A stretch of 64,000 nt of DNA, from NCBI GenBank assembly GCA_021613535.1, contig CP075495.1, positions 12,214,001 through 12,278,000 on the forward strand, in the 5' to 3' direction. Numbering within the stretch: the stretch's first letter is position 1; each line of letters begins with the position of its first letter. The notes under the pieces are model-generated. The model was not told the DNA's origin. It was given only the letters and a program-made list of their open reading frames with translations, and searched no databases. Made by a program: the position numbers and the translations under genes. Source of the stretch: Adineta vaga (lineage: Eukaryota > Animalia > Rotifera). Positions 14,501 through 27,581 of this stretch are shown here, piece by piece.

Positions 14501-14781
14501 GAATGGACCACGAATAGATGCATAGAGAATAAATATAAGAAGAATAAAAGATATAGCCCATAAATAAGTACAGATATATGTTACAGTGGAACGGATTTTA
14601 TCCAAAAGATTCGAATTATCTAAATTGAAGACAAGAATTGATTTTCATCGAAAATAAAAAACAACATCTTTCTACTTGTTTCATCATCTTCTTCATTATC
14701 ATCTTCAACTAAATTTTGATGATTTTGCATAATATAATGACGAAATGAGCTTAGTGCAAAAGCAATAACAGCAAGAAACAT
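11553..14781 (-). CDS. ST7: Suppressor of tumorigenicity 7 homolog
   Basis: [84 protein letters not shown]. Upstream exons at ~14477-14781 encode the conserved [22 protein letters not shown] segment and splice in frame. The start could instead be 14730. Confidence 0.93.
14084..14102 (-). other. ST7: Putative alternative first coding exon of ST7 (MLNVIF-S)
   Basis: ATG TTG AAC GTC ATC TTC T|GTAAGT: a strong donor in phase 1, matching the acceptor before the (S)[11 protein letters not shown] exon. Confidence 0.55.
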
Positions 14782-14904
14782 CAAACAATAATCTGAAAAT
14801 AAAAATTAGTTTATGTTTAATTAAATACGATGTTGATTGTTCGGTTTTAGAATATAAATAAATAAACAATAAAAGAAGAACGAATCTTGATTATTAATTG
14901 ACAG

Positions 14905-16613
14905 TTAAGTATTTGGAATAGGTACTCTAATTGAACGAACTTGTTTAGCAGCCTGAAGAAAAAGAATACATATGAATGACATTTCTTTTTTGTTTTGTTT
15001 ACTTCTCTTTCATCTGGTTTGAGTAATCCTTGAACGACAAGTATTTGATAGACTGATTTTTGAAATGATTGTAAACTTCGACGAAAGATATGTGCTTTTC
15101 CATTTGGATTATTACGAAATTTATCAATATCAGTTTTCGAAGTGCTTGGATCGAATATTAAGAGACGAATGTAACCAGCACGGAATTGTTCATAACCAAT
15201 TATTGTTCGACTATGACCTAAAATGATAATTCAATGGTCAATAGGATTTTTATTCCAAATTTAACGAATATTCTCTGATGCATCAGATAGTTATATTTTT
15301 AGTATTTGCAACGAATAGTTAAGTACTCGATTCTAATAAACTATACCTTCATGTTGTAGATACAATGGATGAATAATATTGCTTTTATTTGCTTGTTGCT
15401 GAAAATAATTTCTAATCCATTCAAATAAATATTTATAAGCAGTAGATTTATCACCAGTTTTTGGTTGATGAAAATCAAGTAATTCTGTTCTAAAGAAAGA
15501 AATCTTCAATGGAATTTCATCAATGAATATATTTCTTTTTCATACTTGATATTTAAATTTGCTAAACATGCCATTAATTCTGTTGGTCCAATCCATTTCG
15601 TTGAATTAACTAATTGTCTATTTAATTGTTCTCGACCAGCACTATCAAATCCAGCTGACCAGGCTTGTTCAATTAATTTTTGTAAATGACTAACCGATGG
15701 TATTTCTTGATTTGCTGTTTGATGACCAAAGAGATTTGTAGAATATTGAGGATCATGACGAAGTGATGAAAGTAACATTTGAAAATTTTTATAACCACAT
15801 GCCCAACCTTGATCGAGCCATGTTGAACTCATATGATCACAATCTGGTCGGCAAAGACGACGATCAATAAGATTTCCCATTGGTAAACGTGAAAGAATTG
15901 GAATGATTCCTATGGAAGAAGAAGCAATAGGAAAAGATATTAGAAAATATATATGAATAAATATCTATTTATTTATTTTTACCTGTTGATCTTGATTCGA
16001 TTCTTTCAAAAGGTTGTGCAATCATTTCATCCAATCTATTTTTATATTCATCATATTTTTGTGGAGTAATTAGTTTTTTCTTGAAAATTTTTTCTAAATT
16101 CCATCCAGCTCGTTCACTAAATGTTCGTGTACTTCCACCATAACGATTCTAAATCAATTAAAACATCATTTTGTTTTTCTCATTTGTTATTTTCTCTCTT
16201 AATTTTACTTGAAATTCTTCAAATGATTGTGCATTCTCTTCCTCTTGTAATAATCGAGCTATCCGAGCGTCATCACTTTCTTCTTCGTCTTCTAAATTAC
16301 CGTATGATATTGTTGAGGCCGTTTGTTGTCGTTGTTGGTTGTATTGCGATCGCATTCGTTCACGTCGAGCTAATTCTTGTGCATATAAACTGTCCGAAGT
16401 TGTATTTACAGCTGAATGATCATGATCTTCATTAACATGAATTTGTAGAACCAGAGGATCATAGAAAATTTTATCACAGATTGGACAACTTAAATTTACA
16501 TGTGACGGAGACGTTGTATTAGAATTAAAACATGGCTCATATTCTTGATGTAATAAGAGAAGAGTAGTATCGTCAAATTTTCGATGACATGACGAGCATT
16601 CTACTGATTCCAT
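14905..16613 (-). CDS. ZUP1: Zinc finger-containing ubiquitin peptidase 1 (ZUFSP, peptidase C78)
   Basis: C2H2/UBZ fingers (CSSC...H; CPIC...HVNEDH), MIU-like helices (SDSLYAQELARRE, DDARIARLLQEEE), catalytic DQGWACGYKNFQM, WIGPTE, LQHEGHSRTIIG and IFDP motifs. Confidence 0.92.
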
Positions 16614-17642
16614 ATCTAGAAAGATAGAAAACAAAAATAAAGGTGTTAGTAGAATCATGGAATTATTTATCATGATAGAAAAAAATTAGTAATATTTAGT
16701 CTAATAATAGTCAAGAAATGTAAAACATATATCGAACTTTTGACATCATGTATTTGCCATGATCTGAAAATCGATGTTGTCAAGGTGCCGATCATAGTTG
16801 ATGGCGTTCTGTTCTTAATATGTGTCATATTTTTTCGAGAGGCGAGAAAAAACACAAGTAAATTGTTACTCGTATGCAACAACATTCTTTTTATTTTATG
16901 CCTTTTGAAAGAAACAGAGTCAAACAAATATAGAATGTTAGAACAAGAAATCTTAAATTTATTTCTTCATATTTTCTCTGCGAAAGACGACTTACTTTGT
17001 TCTTAGTCTATTTCAAATATAAACTTATCTCAATGTTATCTGCGAAAAATAAATACTTTCTTTATTTTCTTTTTGCCATTCTATACAAATAATATCGATA
17101 TCAAATCATCTAATCGTAGTTCGAAGTTAACTCGTCGTATTAGGTATATCTATATAATCTAAATCAATAGAAAAAAAACTAGAAGAATAACAAAAAAGAG
17201 AAACGAAATAGACCAAATTCGATAGTCCCTGCAGTATATTTTTTTCTCGTTATTTTTTTAATATGTTTTCGTTTTAAACAACAACAACAAGAGCCAAACA
17301 AAAAACAGATGGCCACAGTAATACAGTTATAACAGTAAAGTTAGTTTTCAGTTAAACTAAATCACACATATGTGCTAGTAAACTGAAATAACAAATAAAC
17401 AAAGAAAAAGAAAAGAAAAGAAAAGAAAAAAACATAGAAAAACAACTGAAAGTAAACAAAAAGAGAAACTATGACAGTTTTCTTTTAGTTGCATTAAAAC
17501 CGTTTGGCTGTAGCTACTGCTCATTGATATGTTGTGTTGTATGTTATCATCAAGAAGAAGAAGAAGAAAAAAAATGAACCTACACACGTACATACGGCAT
17601 ACACACACACTCATAGACGCACACACACACACACACATACAT

Positions 17643-19868
17643 TCACTGTGGAAGTAATCGAGGAAGAAGAAATGTTGTCGTAGTTGTTGTTGTAGTACCT
17701 GGTTCTTGTTTAATATAACAAAATTGTGGCTGATGATGTTGTTGCTGTTGTTGTTGTAAAGCAGCAAAAGTGAGTAATTCAATTGTTGTTGTTGTTGTAT
17801 TATTTGATGTTGAAGAATGTAATGGTGCAGTTGTATTACAACCAAGTATTTTCAATGTTGTCGAACAACTATTCTCATATTCATCCATAGCTGCTGTCAT
17901 TGTACATGATGATGATGATAATGACGGACTTGAATAACAATAAATTGGAAAATCATCGTCACTATTCGTTGGTTCACGTTTTATTAGTTGTTCGATAAGT
18001 GCATCTTTAAAAATAGTCATGAAATTTAAAAGCAATAATTAAATTTTTCTTTACCATTGAATGTCGCTTGTCGAAGAACATTACAAGCAACAATTTGTGC
18101 AGCTGCTTGTAGACCTGTTGCAGTTATTTGTTGTTGATGTAACGGTGGTGGAGGTAATGGACAATTTGAATTTGATGAAGATGAAGGTGTTGTTGTTGTT
18201 TCAAAACATAGAGTTGTTGTTGATTGTTGTTTAGTAATCGGTTCTTTTGAAATAAATGTTCCATTACGAAATAAAATGACTTCACGTGGTGATGATTTTA
18301 CACGTCGACGTGTTGATGAACGTGTTGATGTTGTCGTTGACGATGATGATTTCAAAAGATCTGTATCACTTGAACATGCACCTGTTGAACTTAAACCTAA
18401 TGTTGTTGTTTTTGAATCTATTCGTGTTGCATCTTCAGCTATGATGACGACACTTGCTTTTGGCTCTAGAATAAAACCAAAAAACAAATAACATGAGAGA
18501 AAACTTGAAAGTGTTCTTTTTTCACTGTTTATACATTAGAAGATGTGTATAGAGTAACGTACATAACAACATACGTTGTAGAAAATGAATGCTTATTTTA
18601 GTAAAAAGTTTTTTATTTTTTAAAGTTTCATTTAGACTCTATCGGAAAACATTCTGACGTTTAAATATTCGCGAGTCAATTTGATGATGATCACTAAGAT
18701 TTCGAAACCAATCAGAAATTATACGGTTCACTTTGAAAAGACTCGTTGTTGAATTTTGTAATTACATTGAGAAATAAATGTTGTCTGTGCAAAGGTCAAT
18801 TATGAATCATCCTGGAAAGTTTCGCAATTTGTCGCAAAAAATAGCTAGCAGTGGTATAGTTATTTACTATGAAAATTACTTCAGGCTATCTTTCGAGATA
18901 TATATGAAAAGCAAATATAGAATACTGAATGTGATTTTGATTGAACTACATTTTTTTTAAAAAACGAAAATTTTGTCTCTACCTGCTGCTGTTGAATTTA
19001 ATCTTCGTTTAGCAGCTGCATTACTTCTTGAAGTACTAAAGATAAGAGAGAAAAAAACGATGAATGAATAATATCAACTGTAAAAAAAGAGAAGAGAAAA
19101 ACGTTCGACTTACGCGCGGGATGAAACACGTCCACCTCTTTTAAATTTCTTTCCTTTCAATACTCTAGCGGGCACGATAGGTACTGAGGGATGCATTGGT
19201 ACAGACGAAATAGGTGATGATGTTGTTGCTAAAATAGAAAACCATTTTACAATTAGAAAATCATTTACCTTCTACTTCTTACTTGTATAAGTATGTCCTA
19301 TAGTTTTACTAGTGGTAGTATTTGTTGTTACAATTGGATGAAATTGTAATTCATTTCCACTAACATATAAAGTTGTTGGTAATTCTGCTGGTTCTATTTT
19401 TGGCTGATGAATTAATCGAACTGTTGTTGTAGTTGTCGATGGTAAAGGTGGTAGTTGTTGTTCATTACTATGTTGTTGAAAAAAATCTAATAATTCATTT
19501 TCTCGTTGTTGTTGTTGTTGATGAGAAAAATTATTCGAAAGAAATTTTTCATCGATAATAAATGAACAATTATTATTCAGTGATATGAATTTTCTTTTAT
19601 CATCATCTAGTGGTTTTTCTTGTTTAGTTTCCATATCATCCGATGAAAGTTGTGGTGATAAAAAATCATGTTCAAATAATTGATCAAGTAATAAAGGTTT
19701 CATCCAATCATCAGTATCATCATCGGTTGATGTTGAATTTAGAACATCCAAGAAATCATCATTCAATTGAAGTAATGGAGAAAATGAATCAAACATTGAT
19801 GCTGGTGGAGAAACAGATAAGGAACCAAATAAAGTCGGATTATGTGAATGAGCGAAATCGATTTCCAT
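17643..19868 (-). CDS. Uncharacterised low-complexity, probably nuclear protein (5 exons, ~500 aa)
   Basis: Exons ~19282-19868, ~19114-19228, ~18983-19035, ~18054-18465 and 17643-18004 join in frame via GT-AG introns. Acidic/hydrophobic N-terminus, basic NLS-like stretch, poly-Q/T/S tracts. No recognisable domain. Confidence 0.65.
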
Positions 19869-20246
19869 TTTGAGTCACCGGGGGAAGAATAAGGACAAAA
19901 TCAAAAATTAAAAAACAAAGAAAAATCATCAAATTTTCGAATCTAGGAATTTTTCATCGATAAAATCAAACAAAATGCACTCATAAACGAACATAAGTTT
20001 TATCAGAGGTCGATAATTTCAGATAGTTGACGATATGACCCTATAAAATACAAGTGCGTATAGACACACACATACACACACACATGCACATACACATCAG
20101 CGTACGTTAATAAAGGACAGAAAGAACGAACATTCTTGTAGAAAGAAAAGATAAATTTCTATATATATACGAACGATTAAGAGTTACCATTTCAAAGAAT
20201 GTATGACCTCTAGAAAAGATGTGTAAAAGCAAAGAATAAAGAGAAT

Positions 20247-20259
20247 GTCGCTAAGAAAC
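20247..20259. promoter_or_regulatory. RFX X-box-like element upstream of CCDC180
   Basis: GTCGCTAAGAAAC, ~70 nt upstream of the CCDC180 ATG. It fits the X-box consensus typical of ciliary gene promoters. Confidence 0.55.
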
Positions 20260-20328
20260 AATAAATTTTGAAATTTTCATCATGGTGAATTTCTGAAAAG
20301 AAAAATCAATTAAATAAAACCAAAGAAA

Positions 20329-23300
20329 ATGTTAAATTCGTCAGCAACAACTTCACGAATTTTACCAAATAATAAAGTCTATAGACAATTATTTGATGCA
20401 CAAGTAGAACTCAATTGAAATTGTATTTCTTAGAAAAACTAATCCGAATTTGTGTTGTTTTTTTTCTTCATCAATTAGGCACAATTAAGTGATGTGTATA
20501 GCGAATACGAACTCATCAATTAACACAATCTGTTAATATTATTTCACCTCCAGATTCTATTCCACTTGTGCGAAATCTTAGACCTCATGGTATGTTTATT
20601 TTCTTTTTATTCATGAAAAAACTTTTTGGAGGATTTTGTTTCCTATAAATAATATAATAAGTCTTGTATGTACGATTAACAATAACAATATAATTTTTTT
20701 TAAATAAGGTGTATAATATGAATACGAAACGAAGAATATTGGAGTAAATGACGATGACGATGAGGATATTTTTATAAGGAGAGTAAAAGGAAGAAAATAT
20801 TTGCTTTTCAACAGAACGAATGAAATTTTTTTCTTGGCTTTTATTGTAAAGCAATGGAATTGTAACGTGATTGGGAGAGAATATGTGATTAAAATAGTTC
20901 TTGTCATTCTGTATCCTACTCCCATCTATTTTTACATTGGAATAGTCTTTGAGAATGTTCTTCTATCTATGAATTGTTTGACTTAATATAAGTTCTTGAC
21001 AATAATATTTGAAACGTATGAGAATATCGTTTCATTGATGATTTTTGTTTCGTATGAAAATCTATTTTAGATGCTCAAAAACGACAATGGATGTCAAGTT
21101 TGCCTTATAATAATGATCCTAATATCAATCCAATAGCTCTTCTGTATGATATTTATTCTTTTCATATCCATACCATGATTAATTATTTAGATTTCACGAT
21201 GAAAGAAAACGACGTCAAAACGAGCAACAACAAGAACTAGATGAATTGAAACGTGAAGTTTTTAATCTACCAGATAATGTCGAATACGGTTTCTCTCTAT
21301 GATTAATTGTTTGCATTCAATTTAAACAAAAAAAATCCTTTCGTTCTATAGATAATATTGATGATGTTCACAATGGAAATCTTACTGAACGAATCACATC
21401 AAAACGACAAGTTCAATTTGATCAATTATGGACAGAATTTCTCAATAAAATAACGGATATCAATCATGTACAAGTTATTTAAGAAAATCAATTTTTGAAA
21501 TATTCTTTTCTTTCTTAGAATTTATTAATGGAACTTGAGAAAATCACTCGTCAATGTAATAAATATTATGAACAGGGTGACCAAGGTAAAGATTTCCGTT
21601 AGAAATCAATGTTTCATCTGTTTCATTTCTTAGAAATTGATGAACACTTACAAAAATTATTTTCGGAAAAAAACATCACATGTTTGACAATAGAATCTTT
21701 TGAACAAGCATTTTATCAACTCAATGAACTTCTTCCACCACGACTTCTACAAATTCAAGACTATTGTCAAACAATCGAAGAACTTGAATTAGAACGAATT
21801 CAAAAAGTATTTTTCTCTTCTTCTTTTCAATAGATTTCCATCTTTTTATTTAGATTCGTGATCTATTTAAACATTATTCCGAACAATTATATCGAACACA
21901 TCATTTATCCGATAAAGAAACAGCTATTCAATTAGAAAAACAAGCAAATGTTAGTAAATATAGATAATTTCCCTTTTGAAACTCACTAAATAACATTTAA
22001 TTTATCATAGGAATTGAATACACAAATAATTGATAATCGTCGAATATATACAGAACTTGAAGCAAGATTATTAGCTGGAGAGACCGTTCGTGCACATCGA
22101 TATCAACGTAGATTAGTTAATTATCAATCGAAATGGAGTGATGCAACATGGTTAATACATAAACAAACATGGCTGTACGAGATTTCATTATAAATTTTCT
22201 AAGATTTCAATATTTCTCTTTATTTAGTTCAAAATTATCTTCATGTAAAACCAAATTAGAATCAATCATTCTTTCTACATGTGAATCCATCGGTTCTGGA
22301 TATAGCTACACAAACACATTCCTTTATTGCACATGTTAATTCATTAAAGTAGATTTGATAATTATTTCTTTTTCTAATAAGATTTTATTGTTAATTTTAG
22401 TTCATTTATTCCTCCAATATCTACATATGAAAATGTACAGATATGGTACAATCGAGGTTATGATTTAGTTGATATTATTGTTCATAAACGACAAACACTT
22501 GTTTATAAAATAAATGAAATAATAGTCGAGGAAATTGAATTTTTAAATAGAGAATTAGATCATATTCGAGTAAAAACTAACTTATGAAAAATGAAATATA
22601 ATAATTATTTAAATTTTACAGGAAGAAATGCTTCAAACACATGTATATGATAATGAACAACTACAAATTGCACTTGACCGTGATATAATTCCTTTATTTG
22701 AAGAACGAAAAGATTTTCTGAAAAATTCTATAATCAATCGAATTGAAGTATGAAAACTAATTCTGAAAAACATGTGTGTTGTAATCAATTGATACTTTAA
22801 CAACAAAATAAAACTTAAAAAAACAATGCATGATTTTTTAACTAACATCTTGAGGGTGATATAAGTGTTGCATGTTATCAAATACTATTTTGTATTTCAT
22901 TACACATTCTTTCGAATCGGAATTTCTATTTGATAATTTACAGTCTGTCTATGAACAATTAACACATGCTATGTACGATATTCTCGAACGTCTTTTGGCG
23001 TTTATTGAAACACCAGCTGAGCAATGGGATAATCATCAAATTCGACTTGAAGATGTTACCGGAAAATTACTTGATATGATGCATGAATGTCGACAACCAT
23101 ATGATTTAGAAAATGAAGTAAACAATATCTGATATAATTTTCAAAGAATAAAACTAGAAAATCGAATTTTGTTTTTTCATAGAAAAAATTAGCGAAACTT
23201 GATGCAACTCTAGATGAAATGCGAAGTGCATCGAATGAAACAGCATTAGCTACACTTTTAAAATCAGCTTATAGTCAACTGGATATGATTAAAGTTAGGT

Positions 23301-26300
23301 AAATAATGACAATTGAATACATATTATTGTTTATTTATTGTCGGATGTTTAGTTATGCTGCTTTCTATGATAAAGAACATGCTGTTGTTAATCAATATTC
23401 TAATATGATTGCTGAGGAAGTTAATCAATATCGAACGGAAATATTAGATTATTTTCAAGCTCGACAGATCGATCCGAATGAGAATGATGAACAATCACCA
23501 TTAGCTTTTTCACATCAATATTATACCACATCTTTAGCACGAATAACTTATGAATTGAAAGGTCATATTAATAAGACACAAGAAGATGGTATCGACAATG
23601 ATAATGATGATGGAGAATCCCACATATCTGTATCTGTAAGAAGTAGTTCTGATGAAGATCCTCGTTTACAGAATGAACAAGATCAAGTCGAACTACCTAT
23701 ATTTTTAACTGAAGATGTAACAACAACAACAACAACGGATGAATTAATGGCAATTCCATTTCATCAAGCATTTCGAATACCATCAAATCTTGTAGATTCA
23801 GTAATATTTATGTGAGTTTTAAAGAATTTTTCTTAATCAAAAAAAGATTTATTTGTGTTTTATTTTCTTCTCTTATATATCAAGTTTATCTCGAGCATTT
23901 CTGGATTCTTATGATCGATGGGAAGAAGAAACTGTACGACGAGCAGAAGCAGTTATGTATTCCAAACATTATGAATTAGATAAAGAATTAGATTTACAAT
24001 TACATTTACATGAACCAAGACGTGCACGTATTCAAACAGATATTTACAATGTTCGAATTGGTAAAAAAATCTTATTTTCAAAAAACGATCAAACGAATTT
24101 CTTTCATTCTCTTAGGTGAACTTCTAATGCATGATGAACGTGTTGAACGTCATATGTATGGTATCGAAGATAAATTAAAAGATATTAATATTGATTATGA
24201 TCGAATGTCAAATGAATTTGGAAAATCTATCGATGCATATAAAAATGATATCTTCAGTCTTGAACATATATTTGTAAATGCAACAACAACAGGTCGTCTT
24301 GTTTTATTACAAGAGCGTTTGAAGAGACAACGTGATTCATTTATGAATTATGTTCGTATATCATTACGAAATTTTCGTACACGTTTTGACGAAACGATGC
24401 AACAATTACGAGATGCAAATGCTAATTTTCGAAAATCATTTCAGTAAGAAGTTTTTAGTTTGAAATTACATAAATATGAATTTATTTTCAATAGAACATT
24501 TTCTGAAGGTGGAAATTTTAATTCTGATGAAATTAATATCTATCGAAAGAAACTTGAAAAAACGGCATTACAGATTGATAAAACTGAAGCGAGTATTTTA
24601 AAAGAAATGGAAAAAAATGAAAAGAAACAATTAGAACAAGCAAATAAAGTTATCACTCAATTTCGTGATAAGTTTGTAGAAAAAACTAATCATATTTTCA
24701 ATTATTTCATTGTTTATATAATTAGATTCAAATATCATATGATTGATTTACAATTTATTGAATTAACAAATCGATGGATTAGTGAAGCACAAGTCAAAAT
24801 CAAAGGTGAAGTGGGAAATAGTAATCAATTAGCACATGTTTTGAAAACACTTGTTTTATTATATGAAGCGAAAATTGATTCGATTCTTCATCCAAATTTG
24901 GATAAAGAAGTAGGAAGATTTGATTAAGAGAAAGAAAAGATTTCTTGACAAATTTTATATGTCTGTTTTAGCCGGCGACTATCAATGAAGTTCGAGAACT
25001 TTATCATCAAATTGTTTCAAATTCGTATGAACGAGCATTGTATTTAAAATGTCTTCATAATGAATTAGTTATTCCTGCTGCACTTGTTAACACTTTGAAA
25101 GAAAAAGGATTAATTACTGAAGGTAATTGAGAAAATTGAACGCAATATGAATTGAAGTTTGTTTTATTTTCAGAAGAATTAGTTAATGATCTTCATAATA
25201 CAACTGGAACAGAAGAAAGAAATGAATCACGTCGATCTTCACGAAAAAGTGCGAGACCTAATCCCAGAACGATGATGCGAAATCAGTCAAATTTGCATCA
25301 ACATCTCCAACACCAGCTCAACGTCGAACAACAATGGTGACATTCGGTAGTTCTTCGTCTGCACAACAAGATGATATGAAAACCATGTCAACAATACGAT
25401 CTCTTCTTCAGTATGTTGTCTAACAATGTATTCAATGTTAAATTCTTTCTTATATATTGCAGTAGTAAAAATATGGAATCAGAATCGGATGAAATTGTTG
25501 AACCAAATCCGTCGGATAATTTAGGTTTGTTTTTAATTTATTGAATTGAATTGAATTGATTGATTATCAATCTCGTAGTATTTAGCTCATGATATCTGTA
25601 CGATTTTCTTTTAGAATCTACTTCACATTCGACTCAATTTGCTTCGTCATCATCGTTTAGAAAAAAATCGAAACAATCCAGCAAAAAACCAAATCTTTCA
25701 CGTAAACTTAGTAATAAAGTATCGATTGATGAATCAACAACATCTATTCGACGTGAAGGTATTACTCGTCCTAAAACACGTGATGAACTCTATGCACTTT
25801 ATTGTACATTCGGTGAACGCAAACATCTTGGTCAAGATTTTCTATCTAAAATCTTGAATATTCTTCGACAAACAACTGAAGGTTTACTTTCTCATTCCGA
25901 AGTAAATATATTCAATATGTCTTTCAAAACTTCAAGAAAACGTTTCCTTTTAAATAGGTTTATTACAAAGAAAAAGGTTCTCGTCATGTTACACGTCCTC
26001 AAGCATTACGTGAAAAATTCGATGAATTTGCAGAAATAATGGTAGACAAATTAAAACATTACGAAGAACAATGTCTTGCTCATCATGCATATTCAATCAA
26101 TGGTTCGTCTTTATTTTGCTATTTACAAAAAAAAAAGAAAAGTATCAATCTCTCTTTGTATTCATATAGAATTTCGTAATATTCTTGAATTATTTGAACG
26201 TACATCATCTCTAATGGCAAAGATTGAGCTCGATGAACAAATTCATGAAGGAGAAAAATCTCTTTTCGAATTTAAACAACAATTCGATATGAAATTTAAT

Positions 26301-27230
26301 GAAAAATTAAACCAGTCAAATAAAGAAAAACAAAAAATCTCCGATTTACTTCGTCCAACAACTTGGATTACCTGGAAAGAAAACTGAATTAGAAAGTCTT
26401 AGTAATCGTGAAAAGATTCGAGAAGAAGATCTTGAAAAGTTTATCAATCAACTTCTAACAGAAACAATTGTAAGGATTGAAAAATAAATTTTGAATACGA
26501 ACAAATATTTCTCTCTTTAGAAATATATTCAAAAAAATGCACATAATACAATTCAGTCATTAGCAACAAGTGCTGAACGATTAGTGATACTTTTTGATGA
26601 AATACTTACAGCTGATGAAGCAATACAAACAAGTATAGGATGAAAATAATGAAATTAAATACAAATGTTGCTTTCTTTAGGATTACCGAAAGTTAAATAT
26701 TCTCTTTTGGAATTAGTCAAACGACAACATATGGGAAAACCTTTAGAAGAATCAGAATCCGTACAGTTAATTGAACGTAAACAAGGTCATTGGCCAGGTA
26801 AATGTATTTTATTTACACAATACACTTTATTTTGAGTTGATAAGCAAATCTGTCTAACATATTTTTCTTTTAGGTTTACTATTTCTTGATGATCAATTAC
26901 ATCGACCAGTTAAATCGAATACAGCAAAAAAACCTTCATTAACTACAATTCAACGACAGAAGACAACTGCTTCGATCGACACACAAAAAACGACATTACC
27001 ACAAATTCAAACAATCTCACAACGAGATGAAGCTTATCAAGTAAATATTACTTTCCTTTCTAATGTATATCTTATCCATATATTATTGTGTTTAGAAATA
27101 TAAAGAAAAATTATTTCAAATCTTAGCCGATGTCGAAGAAAAATGTTCGACAAATTTAATAGAATTAAGTCGTTATGAATCATTTTGGAAATCTTCACTT
27201 GAGAAATTACAACATGCACGAACAAATTAA
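20329..27230 (+). pseudogene. CCDC180: CCDC180 (ciliary coiled-coil protein) locus with at least 4 frameshifts (pseudogene or assembly artefact)
   Basis: Conserved blocks RILPNNKVYRQLFDAQ, QKRQWMSSLP, LHLHEPRRARIQTDIYNVRIGELLMHDERVERH, FSEGGNF, YYKEKGSRHVTRPQ, ERKQGHWPG across more than 20 exons. The frame is broken near 20502-20523, 22261-22339, 25262-25337 and ~26361. Gene identity is confident; pseudogene status is not. Confidence 0.75.
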
Positions 27231-27581
27231 TAGATAACATTTCTTTCTATATTTTTCTGCAAAAACAATTACTTATTTTTTTATTCGAAAAAAAACCCAA
27301 CTTTTTATATCTTCTCACTCAAAATGATCGTCTTTACAATTAGCAGATGCATTTCTGTAGTCATCTTAGTATCATATACCAAACAAAGAATAGTTGTCAA
27401 TGTTAATAATATTAGTTTATTCTTTATGGATTAATTATGTATGTACAATACGAATAATTTTTTTTTAAAAAAGTCAAGAATGAATAATTGAATATGAGTA
27501 TAAGGGAAAGGAATTTTTTTACCAGAAAAAGGAAAATAGTGGAATGAAACATGTCAATTGATTTAAGAAGAACATGGAATT

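Noticed and set aside
25249-25267. 19-nt GT...AG micro-intron as a rescue of the CCDC180 frameshift
   Set aside because: Removing it gives AAA CGA TGA (stop), and it is far below the local intron size.
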